Positions 25,927-38,423 of a stretch of DNA of 64,000 bases are shown here, one piece after another. Each line of letters opens with the position of its first letter. The stretch's first letter is position 1. The stretch is from Tubulanus polymorphus (Eukaryota > Animalia > Nemertea): positions 20,095,910-20,159,909 of the forward strand of contig NC_134031.1 of the NCBI RefSeq assembly GCF_964204645.1, written 5' to 3'. The notes under the pieces were generated by a model. It did no database searches and was not told where the DNA came from. It saw only the letters and a program-made list of their open reading frames with translations. Both the position numbers and the translations under genes were made by a program.

Positions 25927-27215
25927 ATGAAGTTATTAGTATCAGGTGTTGTGTGCATTGTTTTGGCAACTATTGCCTTATCGCAGTCTGAAGATGCAAA
26001 CAGTGAGAATACTACTTCATCTGATGCTCCCATTAAGGAGGATTCAATACGTGAGTGTCTGTAGTGACCCGGCATTTGTTTGCAATGATCGCGTCGAAGA
26101 CAATCCAGTCAGTCTTTTTTTGCGGGAATATGAGCGCAATTTTGAACATATCAGTGTTGAAAACCACGCCCTCTTAAGTTTTTAAAAGGTACTTCAGGTC
26201 AATTCCTATTTCGGAGCACGTGCGTATTTTCCAGAAATCTGCAACATAAGTATAGGTTTTATGCGCGAAAATTCTGCAGATTGTATGTTCTACTTAAAAA
26301 GTGCTTGTGGGAAAATACAGTTTTCTTCGGTAAAGCCCAACGCACACGGCACCGAAAAAACGTTTTTCCTCGTGAAAAAAACGTTTTTGATGTTTTTTTG
26401 TTATGCCGTGTGCGGGGGGGGGGGGAGGCAAAACAAAAAAACGCCGAACTGAAAAACGTTTTTCACGAGCAGAAAACGTTTTCTGAAAAACGTGTTTTCT
26501 CTTTCGGCGAAACAAATGATTTGCCGTGTGCGTTGGGCTTTAAAAATTATCAAATTTGTCTTAATTTTGTAGTTTTATGTAAATATCGATAAACCAGTTT
26601 TTATTTTTTTTTCAGAATGGGTAGTTGTGGGCTATTTCAATTTCAAAAAACAAGTCGTTGCACTGATACACGATCCGAAAACAAATGAAGAAGCTAAACA
26701 ATTCTGTGAAGAGAATAATTCCACTTTGTACAACACAAAACAGAGCGTAATCCAAAATGACTTGGTAGCTAAATACATAGGGTAAGCCATGCAAGAAAGT
26801 CATCATGCAAACCGTTTTCAATTACGGTATAAACGTTTGTTTTATTTTTTGTCATGAATTTCAGTCGTGGAGGTGGTATTTGGATAGGTACTGTTCACAA
26901 TAGTGGCCGGTGTAACGCATTGTACGATTCACACATTGTGAATACTGATTGTGATGACAAGTTACCGTTCCTGTGCATCCTCGCCAAAGTGCTTGGCCCA
27001 ACACCGGATGAAAGCGATGGACTCCGTAAGTATTTTTCTACTCTACATTCCCTGCAATTTGATGGAAATCGATATTCTGAAATCATTTGATGGAAATATG
27101 AACATTTTTGATTTTCAATCTTGGATTGGAACTGTACACAATCGATATCTCACAGTCGAATACGTTTCCTCTTGCAGATCATAACGGAGGAGGCGGATCA
27201 GCAATTTGGGGATAA
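25927..27215 (+). CDS. Paralogous secreted short C-type lectin-like protein
   Basis: Same exon phases: MKLLVSGVVCIVLATIALSQS... | ...EEAKQFCEENNSTL... | ...IWIGTVHNSGRCNALYDSHIVNTDCDDKLPFLC... | HHNGGGGSAIWG*. Confidence 0.8.
26333..26540. mobile_element. MITE in intron of second lectin gene
   Basis: TIRs AAGCCCAACGCACACGGCA / TGCCGTGTGCGTTGGGCTT, TA flanks, multiple internal AAAACGTTTT palindromes. Confidence 0.85.
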
Positions 27216-28575
27216 AAAGAGGTTTCACGTGTTTCATAAAAAAACCATACAACTGTAAATAAGTAGAATATATATTCAATAAAGTATTTGTACTCGGGCC
27301 ACACATCGTTATAGCAAAATAAGCGCGTTAGTTATTTACTTTATTTGGTTGAATCAGTGCTTTCAGGTTGCGGGAAACGTGAGTTGAGTGTGGCCACGGT
27401 ATACTGCCATCGTTGACTTTTTTGACGGTTTTAATTTTGAATGGTTTGATTTATACTCATTGGATGCGTTACTAACCCACCACGTCAGTTTTTGAGTGCA
27501 TGTTTTTCTTTAGATATCTTGAATTTGGGATTGACCCCGTTATTTATTTGAATGACCCCGTTATTTATTTAACATTTGTTCGCTCCGCGAAACCCCCCTC
27601 ATCACGAGCCTGGTCGGTCGTATGATCGGTCTACAGTTTTTCGGGTGCGGACGGTTTGTAAGGCTTCAGCATTAGTACTTTTCAACACTTTACTATACTC
27701 TTGACGTATGCGACATACCGACATCGATGTCCTCTTTGATGAAAATCCAAATACAAGACTTCGACTATTTCGATGGGATCTTTATTAGAAATTTACAAAG
27801 TTACGAAAAGATTCGTCATCTATAGGTGCATATACATAATGAGCCAGTAGGTGCCACTGAATTCACGGAATACTTACACATGTATTTACAAAATAATCAA
27901 CATCCAAATTACTGAGGACCAAACGATATGATCAGCAGTAATACCTTTAATCGTTTAATATATTACATTTTATCTATAATTAATAACATTAATAACACAA
28001 TTACTAATATTGATAAAGCCAAAAATGAATTCATATTGTTTAATGAATTGTCATTGATCACAGATGGATTGGAAGAAGCACATACATTTACAGTGAAACT
28101 TGCTTAATCCAGATCAGTATAATCCGGATATATTTCATTAGTTCCACATAATCTGGACTAAGTGGTGTTTGTAAATCACAATTTGTCTTTTTTTCATGGT
28201 TCTCACAATCACGTACATGAATTTGAAATGGTCAAGTTTTCCAAATGATCAAGTTATTCATTTTTTCTCATCCGGCCAGCCGGCCACCTATCCACCCTGT
28301 ACTACATTACTTAATTTGAAATCATGATCTAACTAATGAACTGATTACAAATTTCAATTTTATTTGAAAAGCGACCCAGCTGATTAGGAGAAACAAGCTA
28401 TAATTTATTTTAGCCGAAGGGGATAATATCTTAAATTCAAAATTCTCAAGTATTTCTCCGATCTGCCTATACTGTGGGAAACATGTTTATTTAATCACAA
28501 ACGCAATAAACAAATCTTTTGGTATCGACGGACGAGTAGCTATAATTGTTTACTGGGTGTTTTATCACGGGCTAG

Positions 28576-31500
28576 TCACATCGGACGAGCTCGGCCGGAG
28601 TCGTGGCTGATATCATCGGCGTCGTCGAAAATCACTTCGTTCGCTTCGATTCTCGGGTCGGTGTCTAACGGAACGTACGAGTCGCCCTGAGCGCGCTGGA
28701 TATCGCGCTTCATCACGACCATCGATAACAGATAAAACAACGAACCGAGCACGTATAATCCTGGATACAATACGTACAACGAATCTATAATAGAAAAACA
28801 CAAACATACATTTTAATACACGCCTGAATCATCCCCTTCACAACCATGCATATCAGCACAGGCCTGAACCATCTCTTGATGTTGTTCCAGTGTAAAGTTT
28901 GGTGGATCAATTTTTCAAAATGTCTCATCTGGTGTTTTTAGTTTCATTAATTTCAATTAAATATGTCTCTACTGAACATGTGTGAAGGACAGAAAGTGTG
29001 CTGATAAAATGTCTAATGTCTCATCTTTAAATGTCACTTTCAATAAAAATGTCTCAGCTGAAGTCCCGAGAACACATGTGAAGTGTGAATAATCAGAAAT
29101 TGTAACGAAAAGTGATGGTGTATCGAATATTTGAGACTGTTAAGGATTACTTACTTCTCAAACTCTCAGTATCTCCGTAACCGCCTTTCAGAAACTGTGA
29201 TTTGAGAATCGGCACCAACAGAGGAATGTTACCACCGATATTCGTAATGATAAACATATACACAGCAACGGCAGACGTACGAATATTCATCGGTACTAAT
29301 TCAATAACCAACGTCAACGTAACACCGACCCACATCTCACCTAAAATCGAAACGACAAAAAAAAAACTTAGAACAATAGGATTACATCAGGAAGCACAAA
29401 CTAGGCCTAGAATAACTGAAAACCTGGGACCAGTTGCTCACAGTTTGGTTGAAGACAATCAGCGCAAAAATACCATTGTTACAATTAACTTTTAATAGTC
29501 AGCATGTCAACTAACCACCGGTTAATTCGAACCAAATTTTGAGCAACTGGCCCCAGTACGATATCTTCACGAATAATTGTGAGTGCAATCAATTTACCGA
29601 TTATGTTGGCTGGAATGAGACTGATATAAGCCCACGGCATTGGCAAGAACAACGCACCAGCGCAGAAAGGAGCGGCCAGCATCTGAATAATACGATGCCA
29701 CACATATTATCACACCTATTTTCAAACTCATCGGCAGCACAACTGTGGCAAGTGAGGATTCCACAAGGAGCTGCCCGGTTTTGATAGTAAATATCAAATA
29801 AAATTAGTTAATCAATTTTCAGTGGAAAAATACATATGAGTGGGAAAGTTATCTTATATCTATTCGATGACTTGTGGAGCCGAAATAAATCTAGTTCGTG
29901 GTTCATTGAAAATGAATATTTCCATACACAACCAAGTCTATTATTGCGCCATCTGTTGATTGGCGTATGTACCTCATAATAGTACTAATGCCACGGCTAT
30001 TTGATATTTTCATACCTGACTGATGACTAAAACTATAACCCTTCCGTATGGGCCGCGCTTTTTTACAAATTTATCCGAAATAAAACCACCGAGTACGACG
30101 CCTATACTTCCAGCTACGAGCGGGATCCATGACATGAACGTCCCTTGAAAAATATAAAATACAAATTTTAATCATGGTTCATTTCGAACAGAGCCGTCGA
30201 GGCTTCTTTCGAAGCTCTGAATTTCAAAGTTGAGCTTTTTATTTTTCGAAGCTATCGCCAAGTTTCTTCAGATTAGGAACCTAGAACAAACAAACACTCA
30301 AGCAATGGGGGTCAGTGTGTCGAGATATTTTATGGCATATTCACCTATCTGTTCAGGTGTCTGTCCTACGCTCTCAAAATACGGCTGTGTATTATATGCC
30401 CAGACATAACCACCTGAAATAAATATCGAAAATACAACATCAACGTTTTACATTTTATGACAATCTCATCGTTCATACTATTCCCTGACTTTTAATGAAA
30501 TGAAAATAGACGCCACCTTGATAATAACCAACCTGCATTCCTGATAGATCCAGCCAGAATGAGAACAATCAGCGACGGTCGAGTGAACGGTTTCAGAGTT
30601 CGGAGAACTTTCTGACACCGAGTTTCCTCGCCGTCATTCACGTTGTGTTCGATGCCGGGTTCGGATTGTCGCTTGGGTTCCTTCACCGTCAGGAATATCA
30701 GAATACCTATCGCTATACCGGGCGCACCGGAAATAATGAAAACATAACGCCAACCCTGTAAAACAATCAAACACTAGCATTCAGATAAAGATAGTCGGAT
30801 ATGTTTTTTGATTCTAGCTGATGCATTATCAACTAGAATTTGGGGTCCAGATTCACGATTTACAGTTTTATGTGTTGATGTATTAGATGTAAATGTTTAC
30901 TGTGAGTATTCAGTACAACTGGAAGTCGTTATGATGAAGTATTACGTGGCATTGTTTATGGCTGTTGAATAAAACAGTTCAATTCTCATCAATGCAAATC
31001 AACTGTGTTTGTTCGTCATCTCCCGATTCTGATAACATAGTCAACAATATGAATTTAAAATTACCAAGCATTCTGTGCTGATGGAAATGGGGCCTACGGA
31101 ATTGAACAATCCATTAAACAACTCAACAAAGCAATTGACAGAAAAGAACCTTAGAATTTTTTTTTCATTTTAGTAGGTGAACTGTCCCATGTATCAGGAG
31201 TAGATCTAGGATTTAGCCGGGGGGCAGAAAGAAAAGCAACTAGCCTATACTTCGTAAAATTTAACGGTTAAAACGGTTAAATTTTGGCTGTTGTACTCGC
31301 GAAACTGAACCCCAGAAGGCAATGCTGAAGACTAATACAAACCAGACTCTGTGAAATGAAGTTTCCAAGTGCGTAGGACATACTGTATCCGGTGTAAATA
31401 CCCCAGTTATAAACACCCATAGCAGACGCACGTAACTCCTGCGTAAATAAATCAGCGATCATAGACGCAGCAAACGGTGTACAACCAGCTTCACTGTATT

Positions 31501-32712
31501 CAGAAAATAACATTAACTTATTAACAACAATGTTTACAAAAATACAGTCGACTCCGCTTGCTTCGAATCTCAGGGCACCAATAAATTCTCAACGAGGTAG
31601 GCCACACGAATTCTGGAGCGGTTGGAGCAAGGATGGGTTATAAACATGATCAATCAAGAGAAAGAAAACTGGATGTTTTTATACTTACCCAAATCCGAGC
31701 CCAAAACGTAACAGTACGAGTTGCCAATATTCCCTGACGAAACCAGTCAACAATGTCATCACTGACCAGAATATGAGACAAACAGCCAGCAACACTTTAC
31801 GATTGTACGCATCGGCTGCCATTCCCAGAAATATACCCATGAATGTGTAGATGAATATGAAGACTGGGCCGGCTAGGATCTGATAGGCCAAACCCTGACC
31901 GTTATAATCCCACTTACAAACATCACTGCCGTTTGAGTTCACTATCGTAGAACAACTGAAAATATAAAATAGTGAAACAACTATGAACAAATATCAGGAT
32001 TTTGTGAGAAGACCTTACAATCAGGACAACTCGGGGCAGATTTGAGGTTTCTTTTCCTGCTCAAGAGTGGATTTAGGGGTGAAACGCATTGACTGGCCCA
32101 CCCTCTTCAAACTTGAATATGTGCCCTCCAAAAAGTCTGGAAAAATATTTTTGCAAGAACAACTTTAAAAGAAAGACAAGGAAAATCGAACGAGCACCAG
32201 AAAAGCCCCTTTTCATCCTAGGTTTTCAGTAGGTGGCCCACCAAAATGGAACCAATGGACCCTGCTTCAATCAGTGATCATCAGCTTAAACCACTCTGCC
32301 ACTACACAGGGCCTCGATAGCTCAGTGGGATAAGACGTGATGCCATCGTATTCACTATCAGGGAGTATTGAATGACAAGCTGGTTCGAGTCCCGCTGGTT
32401 GCTTACTGTGTCGTGTTGAAAAGGGTTGTCCTGAAAAACCGAGAACCAAACGAGGTACTAAAAACAAAGGTTGCGTTACCTTTCTGGTTGAGTAGCATTC
32501 TTACAGTCAACTCCACTACGTTGTGCAGGGGTGTACGATGTGTTCGGCATGCATACTTCATCTCCGTAATGTAACTCTTGAGCTATAGGAGTCGATACGA
32601 TCGCTAACGTGTATCTATCCAACTGATTTAATAGATAAGCAATCAATAACAGTAGCAACACGTATAAACTATAGAGACCAGCTCTTCTGAGGGCCAGCGC
32701 ACCGTCAGCCAT
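28576..32712 (-). CDS. Major facilitator superfamily transporter (spinster-like)
   Basis: LLIAYLLNQLDRYTLAI, GIFLGMAADAYNRK, LLRFGLGFGEAGCTPFAASMIADLFTQELRASAMGVY, GWRYVFIISGAPG; multi-exon. Confidence 0.92.
29426..29554. mobile_element. Small Harbinger-like MITE in MFS intron
   Basis: GGGACCAGTTGCTCA ... TGAGCAACTGGCCCC. Confidence 0.65.
32309..32400 (+). repeat. tRNA-derived SINE head in MFS intron
   Basis: A-box TAGCTCAGTGG and B-box GGTTCGAGTCC without a proper cloverleaf. Confidence 0.6.
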
Positions 32713-33965
32713 ATCTCACTCCTCCTTACTTCAATTCTACTTAATCTCTTGAAATGATCTGAAATAATAATCATAATAAGGCATAGCCTATGTAGCCGAG
32801 CATTGCGTTCAAGTTCGCTTACCAATACTACGTTGGACTTGCCAGCTTCGCTTGCAGGGTTAATATATATTTGGCGTCTTTTAATATGTGTGATTCAATC
32901 CCAGCACCAGAAAAAAAGTTCCCAGGAATTAGGGTAAAAAGAATACACTCTCCGTCGACTCCGGCGTCGAAAAAACAAAAATTTACCTTTTAAAATGTAT
33001 AGCGAGCTCGACCACGTCGTCACACGATGTTCAGTATCAAGATCAGTACGTTGTTGATCATGTGCTTCGTGTACGTTATAATACTATCAATGAACCGCGA
33101 ACTGTCATTTTCGCCTCAGCAGTATCGACGTTTCGTCTGGGTTAGTCCTCAAGTTAGAATCAGTTTCCACAGGATGAGAACTACTGACACGAAACGCCGT
33201 TACGATTCCTACGAGTAATCAACTAATCGACTTTTTCCCTAGAATAAATTAGACCAATTCAATAAATGTATTGACACTTTATGCCTAAAATAAAGTGAAC
33301 AAGCCAAAGCCGAACCAACAATATATAATTACTCAGATAAATGCCGCAGAAGCCACCGTATAGTAAATTTCTTCAGAGGGTATCGCAAGTATTCAACAAC
33401 TTCATTTACGTTTCTGTTCGCTTTGGAGGTTCTCTTTCGAATACCATCACTTTTGTTTCATACCGATTACCGGTATTTATTTCCCACAATTACAATAACT
33501 GGATGTTTCATCAAGCATTTGCTACAGACTAGCTAAAATTTCGAAAATTAGAATGATTTTTTTCTAATAGGCCTACACAAAATTATTCTGCACCGCGCAT
33601 TGAGTATAGAGTTCCCTCGTTAAAATCTTCACTGAGTATTTAATTGGCGTAGCTTGAAAATTTTAAATAGCTCGAAGTATCATTGTATCCGATTTCTCGT
33701 CACATGTTTTGACTCTGGAGTTTGGTCGCTTTGGGATTCATTGGATTTTGTAAGGAATTGAAAACTAACGTTACCGGTTTGCACGAAGCATAACTTACGG
33801 ATTTGGAAGCTTAAAGTGTTCATAATATGCTATGTGCAGACTGACATGATGTCTCGTTCCGGCCACACTCAAATTCCAACTCGATATCTAATTAAATCAG
33901 ACTGGTGATGATTAGACTGTAGAGTTCTCGCTTCAGTTTCGCCGAACTTGTTCAAACCGAAATAA

Positions 33966-34964
33966 ATGTTGGTGAATGAGACATCAGAGGGTTTCCGATG
34001 CCCGATCATTGAAAACGAAGTTTATAAGCAGTACTGGAGAGTATACGGTATCCTAGCTACCAGTGTTATAGGTGTTTTCCTGAACATGTTTGGTATCTTC
34101 GTTTTTCGAAAAATGACCGAAAGCGGGCAAGCCATCTACTTACTGACCGTATTATCGATAGCTGATATTATATATCTGGTAAATATATCCTTGCATATTC
34201 CAATTCGTAAACTTGTTTTCCAAGCTTTTTACGGAGACGAAGTCTTTCGTCGAATAGAATACGGAGTATTTCCAATGTGGCTCTGGATCAGCATCGCCTC
34301 TTACAAGTCAACGGTAACAATACGTAATTGGATTGTCGTTTTATCCGCTGTTGTTCGGTGTCTGCATATTTTCTTTCCCCTGTGGTCTCGACGAGTTGTC
34401 GATAGAAAACTAGTAAATATAAATATAGCTGTAATTGTCATTATATCGATAATTATATATATTCCCCGTTATTTCGGGATTAGTATCGTCCCTTACACGT
34501 GTCCGGGAGATCCATTGTTGAGTCGTCCAAGTTATCCTATATTTAAGAAAGACAAAGCTATGGATCTGAGTTCGACGTGGATCTATTTAGTCGTAACGGT
34601 AAGCTCACCGATAGTAATTCTCCTATTAGCCAATATGGCGCTAATATGGTCCATAAGTCATAACAGGAAAGTTCGAAAATCCATCACGGTATCGCAATCA
34701 AATTCTGATACGAAGGCGACTCAACTGGTATTCATATCAACAATAATCTACCTGGTCTGCGAGTCAGCAACTGTCGTGTCAAGGATATTCAACTATTTCG
34801 CAGACTATGAAGTCACCGATCTATTAAAGAAAGTATTCGATTTTCTAGACTACTTAACTCCTGTCGATTCAGCTATTAATTTCATCATTTATATGATCGC
34901 CAGTAAAACTTTCAGACAAACCACGTATAGAATATTAATTGTCGGACATCGAGATAAAAGATAG
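33966..34964 (+). CDS. Intronless class A GPCR (FMRFamide-receptor-like expansion type)
   Basis: 332 aa, 7 hydrophobic segments, LSIAD, VRC at the DRY position, DSAINFIIY. Confidence 0.9.
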   Translation: MLVNETSEGFRCPIIENEVYKQYWRVYGILATSVIGVFLNMFGIFVFRKMTESGQAIYLLTVLSIADIIYLVNISLHIPIRKLVFQAFYGDEVFRRIEYGVFPMWLWISIASYKSTVTIRNWIVVLSAVVRCLHIFFPLWSRRVVDRKLVNINIAVIVIISIIIYIPRYFGISIVPYTCPGDPLLSRPSYPIFKKDKAMDLSSTWIYLVVTVSSPIVILLLANMALIWSISHNRKVRKSITVSQSNSDTKATQLVFISTIIYLVCESATVVSRIFNYFADYEVTDLLKKVFDFLDYLTPVDSAINFIIYMIASKTFRQTTYRILIVGHRDKR

Positions 34965-35109
34965 CTTGTCACATTCGATGTATAAGTATCGAAAGCTTGC
35001 GACGCATCTTTTAAATCTAATGTTATTATAGATATTTAAGAAGACGATAATAAATATTTCTTATCGTCTATAATATTGTTCACAACATGTATGTAGATTA
35101 ACACATTAT

Positions 35110-35600
35110 AAAAGACTATTAGCCATCATCAGGCGTACTGAGTACAGAATAAATAATACAGGATATTTATGCAAGAAAAAAACAAAGGGACTAAGTGACT
35201 GATTGAATAGTTGAATGGAGAATACAGATTAAAAGAATTTAAAACAAAGACCGGAAAACACAACTAAGCAATTGCAAACGGCAAACTATTGGGATAATAC
35301 AAGTTGAAGTGATTAAAAAAAGCCCGAAGTGTTTAAAAAGCAAATGCGAATTAAGGGGTAATCAGACAAAATCAAATGGCGGGAACATAAAGGGCTTAAT
35401 CAGTGAGCGAGTTGAAACAAGCAAGCACGAATAACGGAAAATGATATAGGGAATTAATATACAGAGAGTAAAAGTGAAGCGAGAATTTCGGAGATCCAAT
35501 ATGTTGTGGGGAGAAAACCGTTATTCAAATTAACATAATTTTTCAAATTTTCAATTAATCAGGTCAGATTCCATCCTCCTCATCCGGAAAACAATCTAGA
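35110..35600 (-). mobile_element. Second Penelope-like remnant with truncated hammerhead
   Basis: Minus strand RRMESDLIN*KFENYVNLNNGF, then a pyrimidine-rich tract, then CCTGATGATGGCTAATAGTC lacking GAAA; collinear with 2450-2820. Confidence 0.6.
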
Positions 35601-35934
35601 ACCAGTATCATATTTTACATTACATAGAAGAATCAATCTCTTAATCCGTCGAATTTCAGTATAATTCTATCGCTATGTGATTTTATAGAATACGTTTAAG
35701 TACATTGAAGAACCGAATATTCATAGTGTGTGTAGAATGAGTGCTGAAAATTGTCGGAGCGGAAGCTGTAATCGTGAAATTGTATTCTAGAATTGTTCGA
35801 GCGCGAGCTCAATTTAGGCGCGTGTCAAGGGAGCTACTTGTACGCAAAATTATACCCCTTATAATAACTAATTTCATATATTTTCATTCTTTCACTCACT
35901 TCACTCGAACAGTAGAGGATCGCGAGTTCCAGCT

Positions 35935-36945
35935 ATGAATGAAACGATCATCTGTTGCGGTCGTTACTGCAATGGCGAAGTTGCTACCTACTCGTATGGT
36001 GCAATTATGGGTATAGTTCGAGCTTTCATATACCTTATTGGTATAGTCGCCAATATCTTTTCATTAACGGTACTGAACGTCATGCAACTTCAGAGAATTA
36101 GCAGCATGTTCTATATCAAGGCTCTCGCAGTAGCTGATTGCATCAACTGTTTAACTGGCGTATTTGGAAGAGAGTTGATGATGCTTGCAAGAGATTTTCC
36201 ATTTGAATACATCAAATTCAATCGGACTTACCAGAAATACTATCTTCATGTATACTTGTATGTAGATACGGTATTTCAGATGTCTACTTCGACGAGTTCT
36301 TGGTTGCTTTTCGTGATGAGTATTGATCGCTATCTTGCTATAAGATTTCCTTTTTGGGCGAGACAATACTCAACAATAAATGTTGCACGACGTATCACGG
36401 TTTTGACTTATTTTTTCACATTTATTTTCCATATTCCGACTTTGTTCGACGTAGAAACATATCGGGTGCAATCTGGTGAAGCATGTGAACACGTCGGCCT
36501 GAGATACCTACTACTATTCAACAAACAATATTCCCTCTATTACGATTTCCTTTTCGGTACTGTCGTGCTCAAGTTTATACCCGGTTTTATCGTTATACTA
36601 TGTAATGTGCACATGTTCATATTGGTCCGAAAGGCGGCCCGAGACCGGCTCAAATTCAGCCGGCAAGGCGAACAACAAGATGCAACAAACAGCCAACAAG
36701 GTCGACAAATTACATTCATGATTTTAACGCTTAATTCAATATTCTTTATCGAATATTCAATGGCATTAATAAACACAATATTGCCGGCATTTTTTCAATC
36801 GTCATATCGACCATATCATTCAGGACAATTAATACACGCAATCAATGCAATGATAAATCTATTCGTATATCTGGGCACCCGAAGAGGGTTTGGTCAGACG
36901 CTGGTTTGGTGTTTGAGTTGTAGTTATTTTGGAAAGCGAATGTAG
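35935..36945 (+). CDS. Intronless class A GPCR (peptide-receptor-like)
   Basis: 336 aa, LAVAD, SIDRYLAIRFP, INLFVY. Confidence 0.92.
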   Translation: MNETIICCGRYCNGEVATYSYGAIMGIVRAFIYLIGIVANIFSLTVLNVMQLQRISSMFYIKALAVADCINCLTGVFGRELMMLARDFPFEYIKFNRTYQKYYLHVYLYVDTVFQMSTSTSSWLLFVMSIDRYLAIRFPFWARQYSTINVARRITVLTYFFTFIFHIPTLFDVETYRVQSGEACEHVGLRYLLLFNKQYSLYYDFLFGTVVLKFIPGFIVILCNVHMFILVRKAARDRLKFSRQGEQQDATNSQQGRQITFMILTLNSIFFIEYSMALINTILPAFFQSSYRPYHSGQLIHAINAMINLFVYLGTRRGFGQTLVWCLSCSYFGKRM

Positions 36946-37247
36946 ATACTCGCCATATTTAACAGCTGGTCAATATGACTGAGAAACCAAATTCCCCACG
37001 GTTACAGAATGCAATTAAGTGTTAAATAGTAAAGAAATGAAAAATGCATCCGTAAAGTTTATTAGTAGAATAACCACCATCAAACGTGGTGTACGGATGA
37101 TAAGATACTCACTATGTACAAATTAGAAGTTTTTTTTTGAAAATCGATAATCATTCAATCAAAAAATCGATCTCCTCGAATGGTTATTCTACACCAAGTG
37201 TCGAAAGCTACCGAAATGAATGCACGTAGTGAACGTGGTGTAGAATA

Positions 37248-38064
37248 CGGGATATCGACAAATTCAAGTTCTTGAATTACTCGTTTGATGGCGCTAGTCA
37301 GAACCGGAAATTGGAACCTAAATCCACCATGTTCTAGTTCATTTGCAATAAAAATCTCTCGCTTCAAGTTTTTAGTTAGCGATATTTTACTTACTATACA
37401 TAGGCACGCATAATCCTTTAAGTATGATATCTTGGCAATGTGTTGAATTCGATAAAACCTCACTTTGAACGCTAAAGATCACTATAAATGTGAAAAAACT
37501 ACCAAAAATCACAAATTTAGCGATGACGCTCGAAGCAGCTAACGGAAGTAATGACTGGTGCCGGGTGTCATCACTTTGTTGTTGAGTTCAAGACTCTAAG
37601 GTGAATTAATTGCAGGCTACACTGATAAATATGAAATAATATTACGAAATAGAATTGATGTTAGAAGGACAACACTCGTAGATTCATAATAAAAATATGA
37701 AAAGTACCAGTACTCGAACCAACAATCGAAATTGGGCCGTCAAGTGCTGCCACCATGTGATACCTGGCAACCAGTCTTTACATCTTCAGCCGTTGCAAAA
37801 TGTTTTTTGATAATTTTAGGACACTTATAGTGACTTCTAGCCTTTGCAGTGAGGTTTTATCATATCCAACGTAGCGGTAGGATAACATATTTAAAGGATT
37901 ACGCGTAACGATGTATAGTAAGTAAAATATCGCTCATTGAAAACTTGAAGCGAGAGATTTTCATTGCAAATGAACTAGAGCATGGAGGATTTAGGTTCCA
38001 ATTTCCGGTTCTGACTAGCGCCATCAAACGAGTAATTCAAGAACTTGAATTTGTCGATATCCCG
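37248..38064. mobile_element. ~820-bp foldback DNA transposon with long TIRs and TA TSD
   Basis: TA|CGGGATATCGACAAATTCAAG... / ...CTTGAATTTGTCGATATCCCG|TA; near-identical arms of more than 120 bp, with similarity extending to about 250 bp. Confidence 0.85.
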
Positions 38065-38423
38065 TATTGAAACAAAAGAAGCTAAATTCCAGTAGAATTT
38101 TCATATTCATGTGTTGTAAAAATAGAATAAAGCAAATAATTTACATTTTGTACCTGATGAATTTATTTGGAATAAAGCGTCGATATAATTTTCTCTTAAT
38201 ACATTCGAAAATATGATCAAAATAAATTCAATCAATAAAACTGCAGACGATAAAGAAAAGAAAAAGAATAATATTTGCTCTTTTCTTCTAGAATCAAATT
38301 TTCCGATCCAAATAACTGAAAAAGTTATGTATGGTATCCGATTTAGAAAATGTTACGTTTCCTGCTAGAGACCGATCTAAGCAATATAGTTACCTTCATC
38401 ATAACCTTTGACCTCCTAACTGG

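Noticed and set aside
37155-37463. 102-aa ORF as a transposase
   Set aside because: Lies within a TIR arm and has no DDE or HTH features
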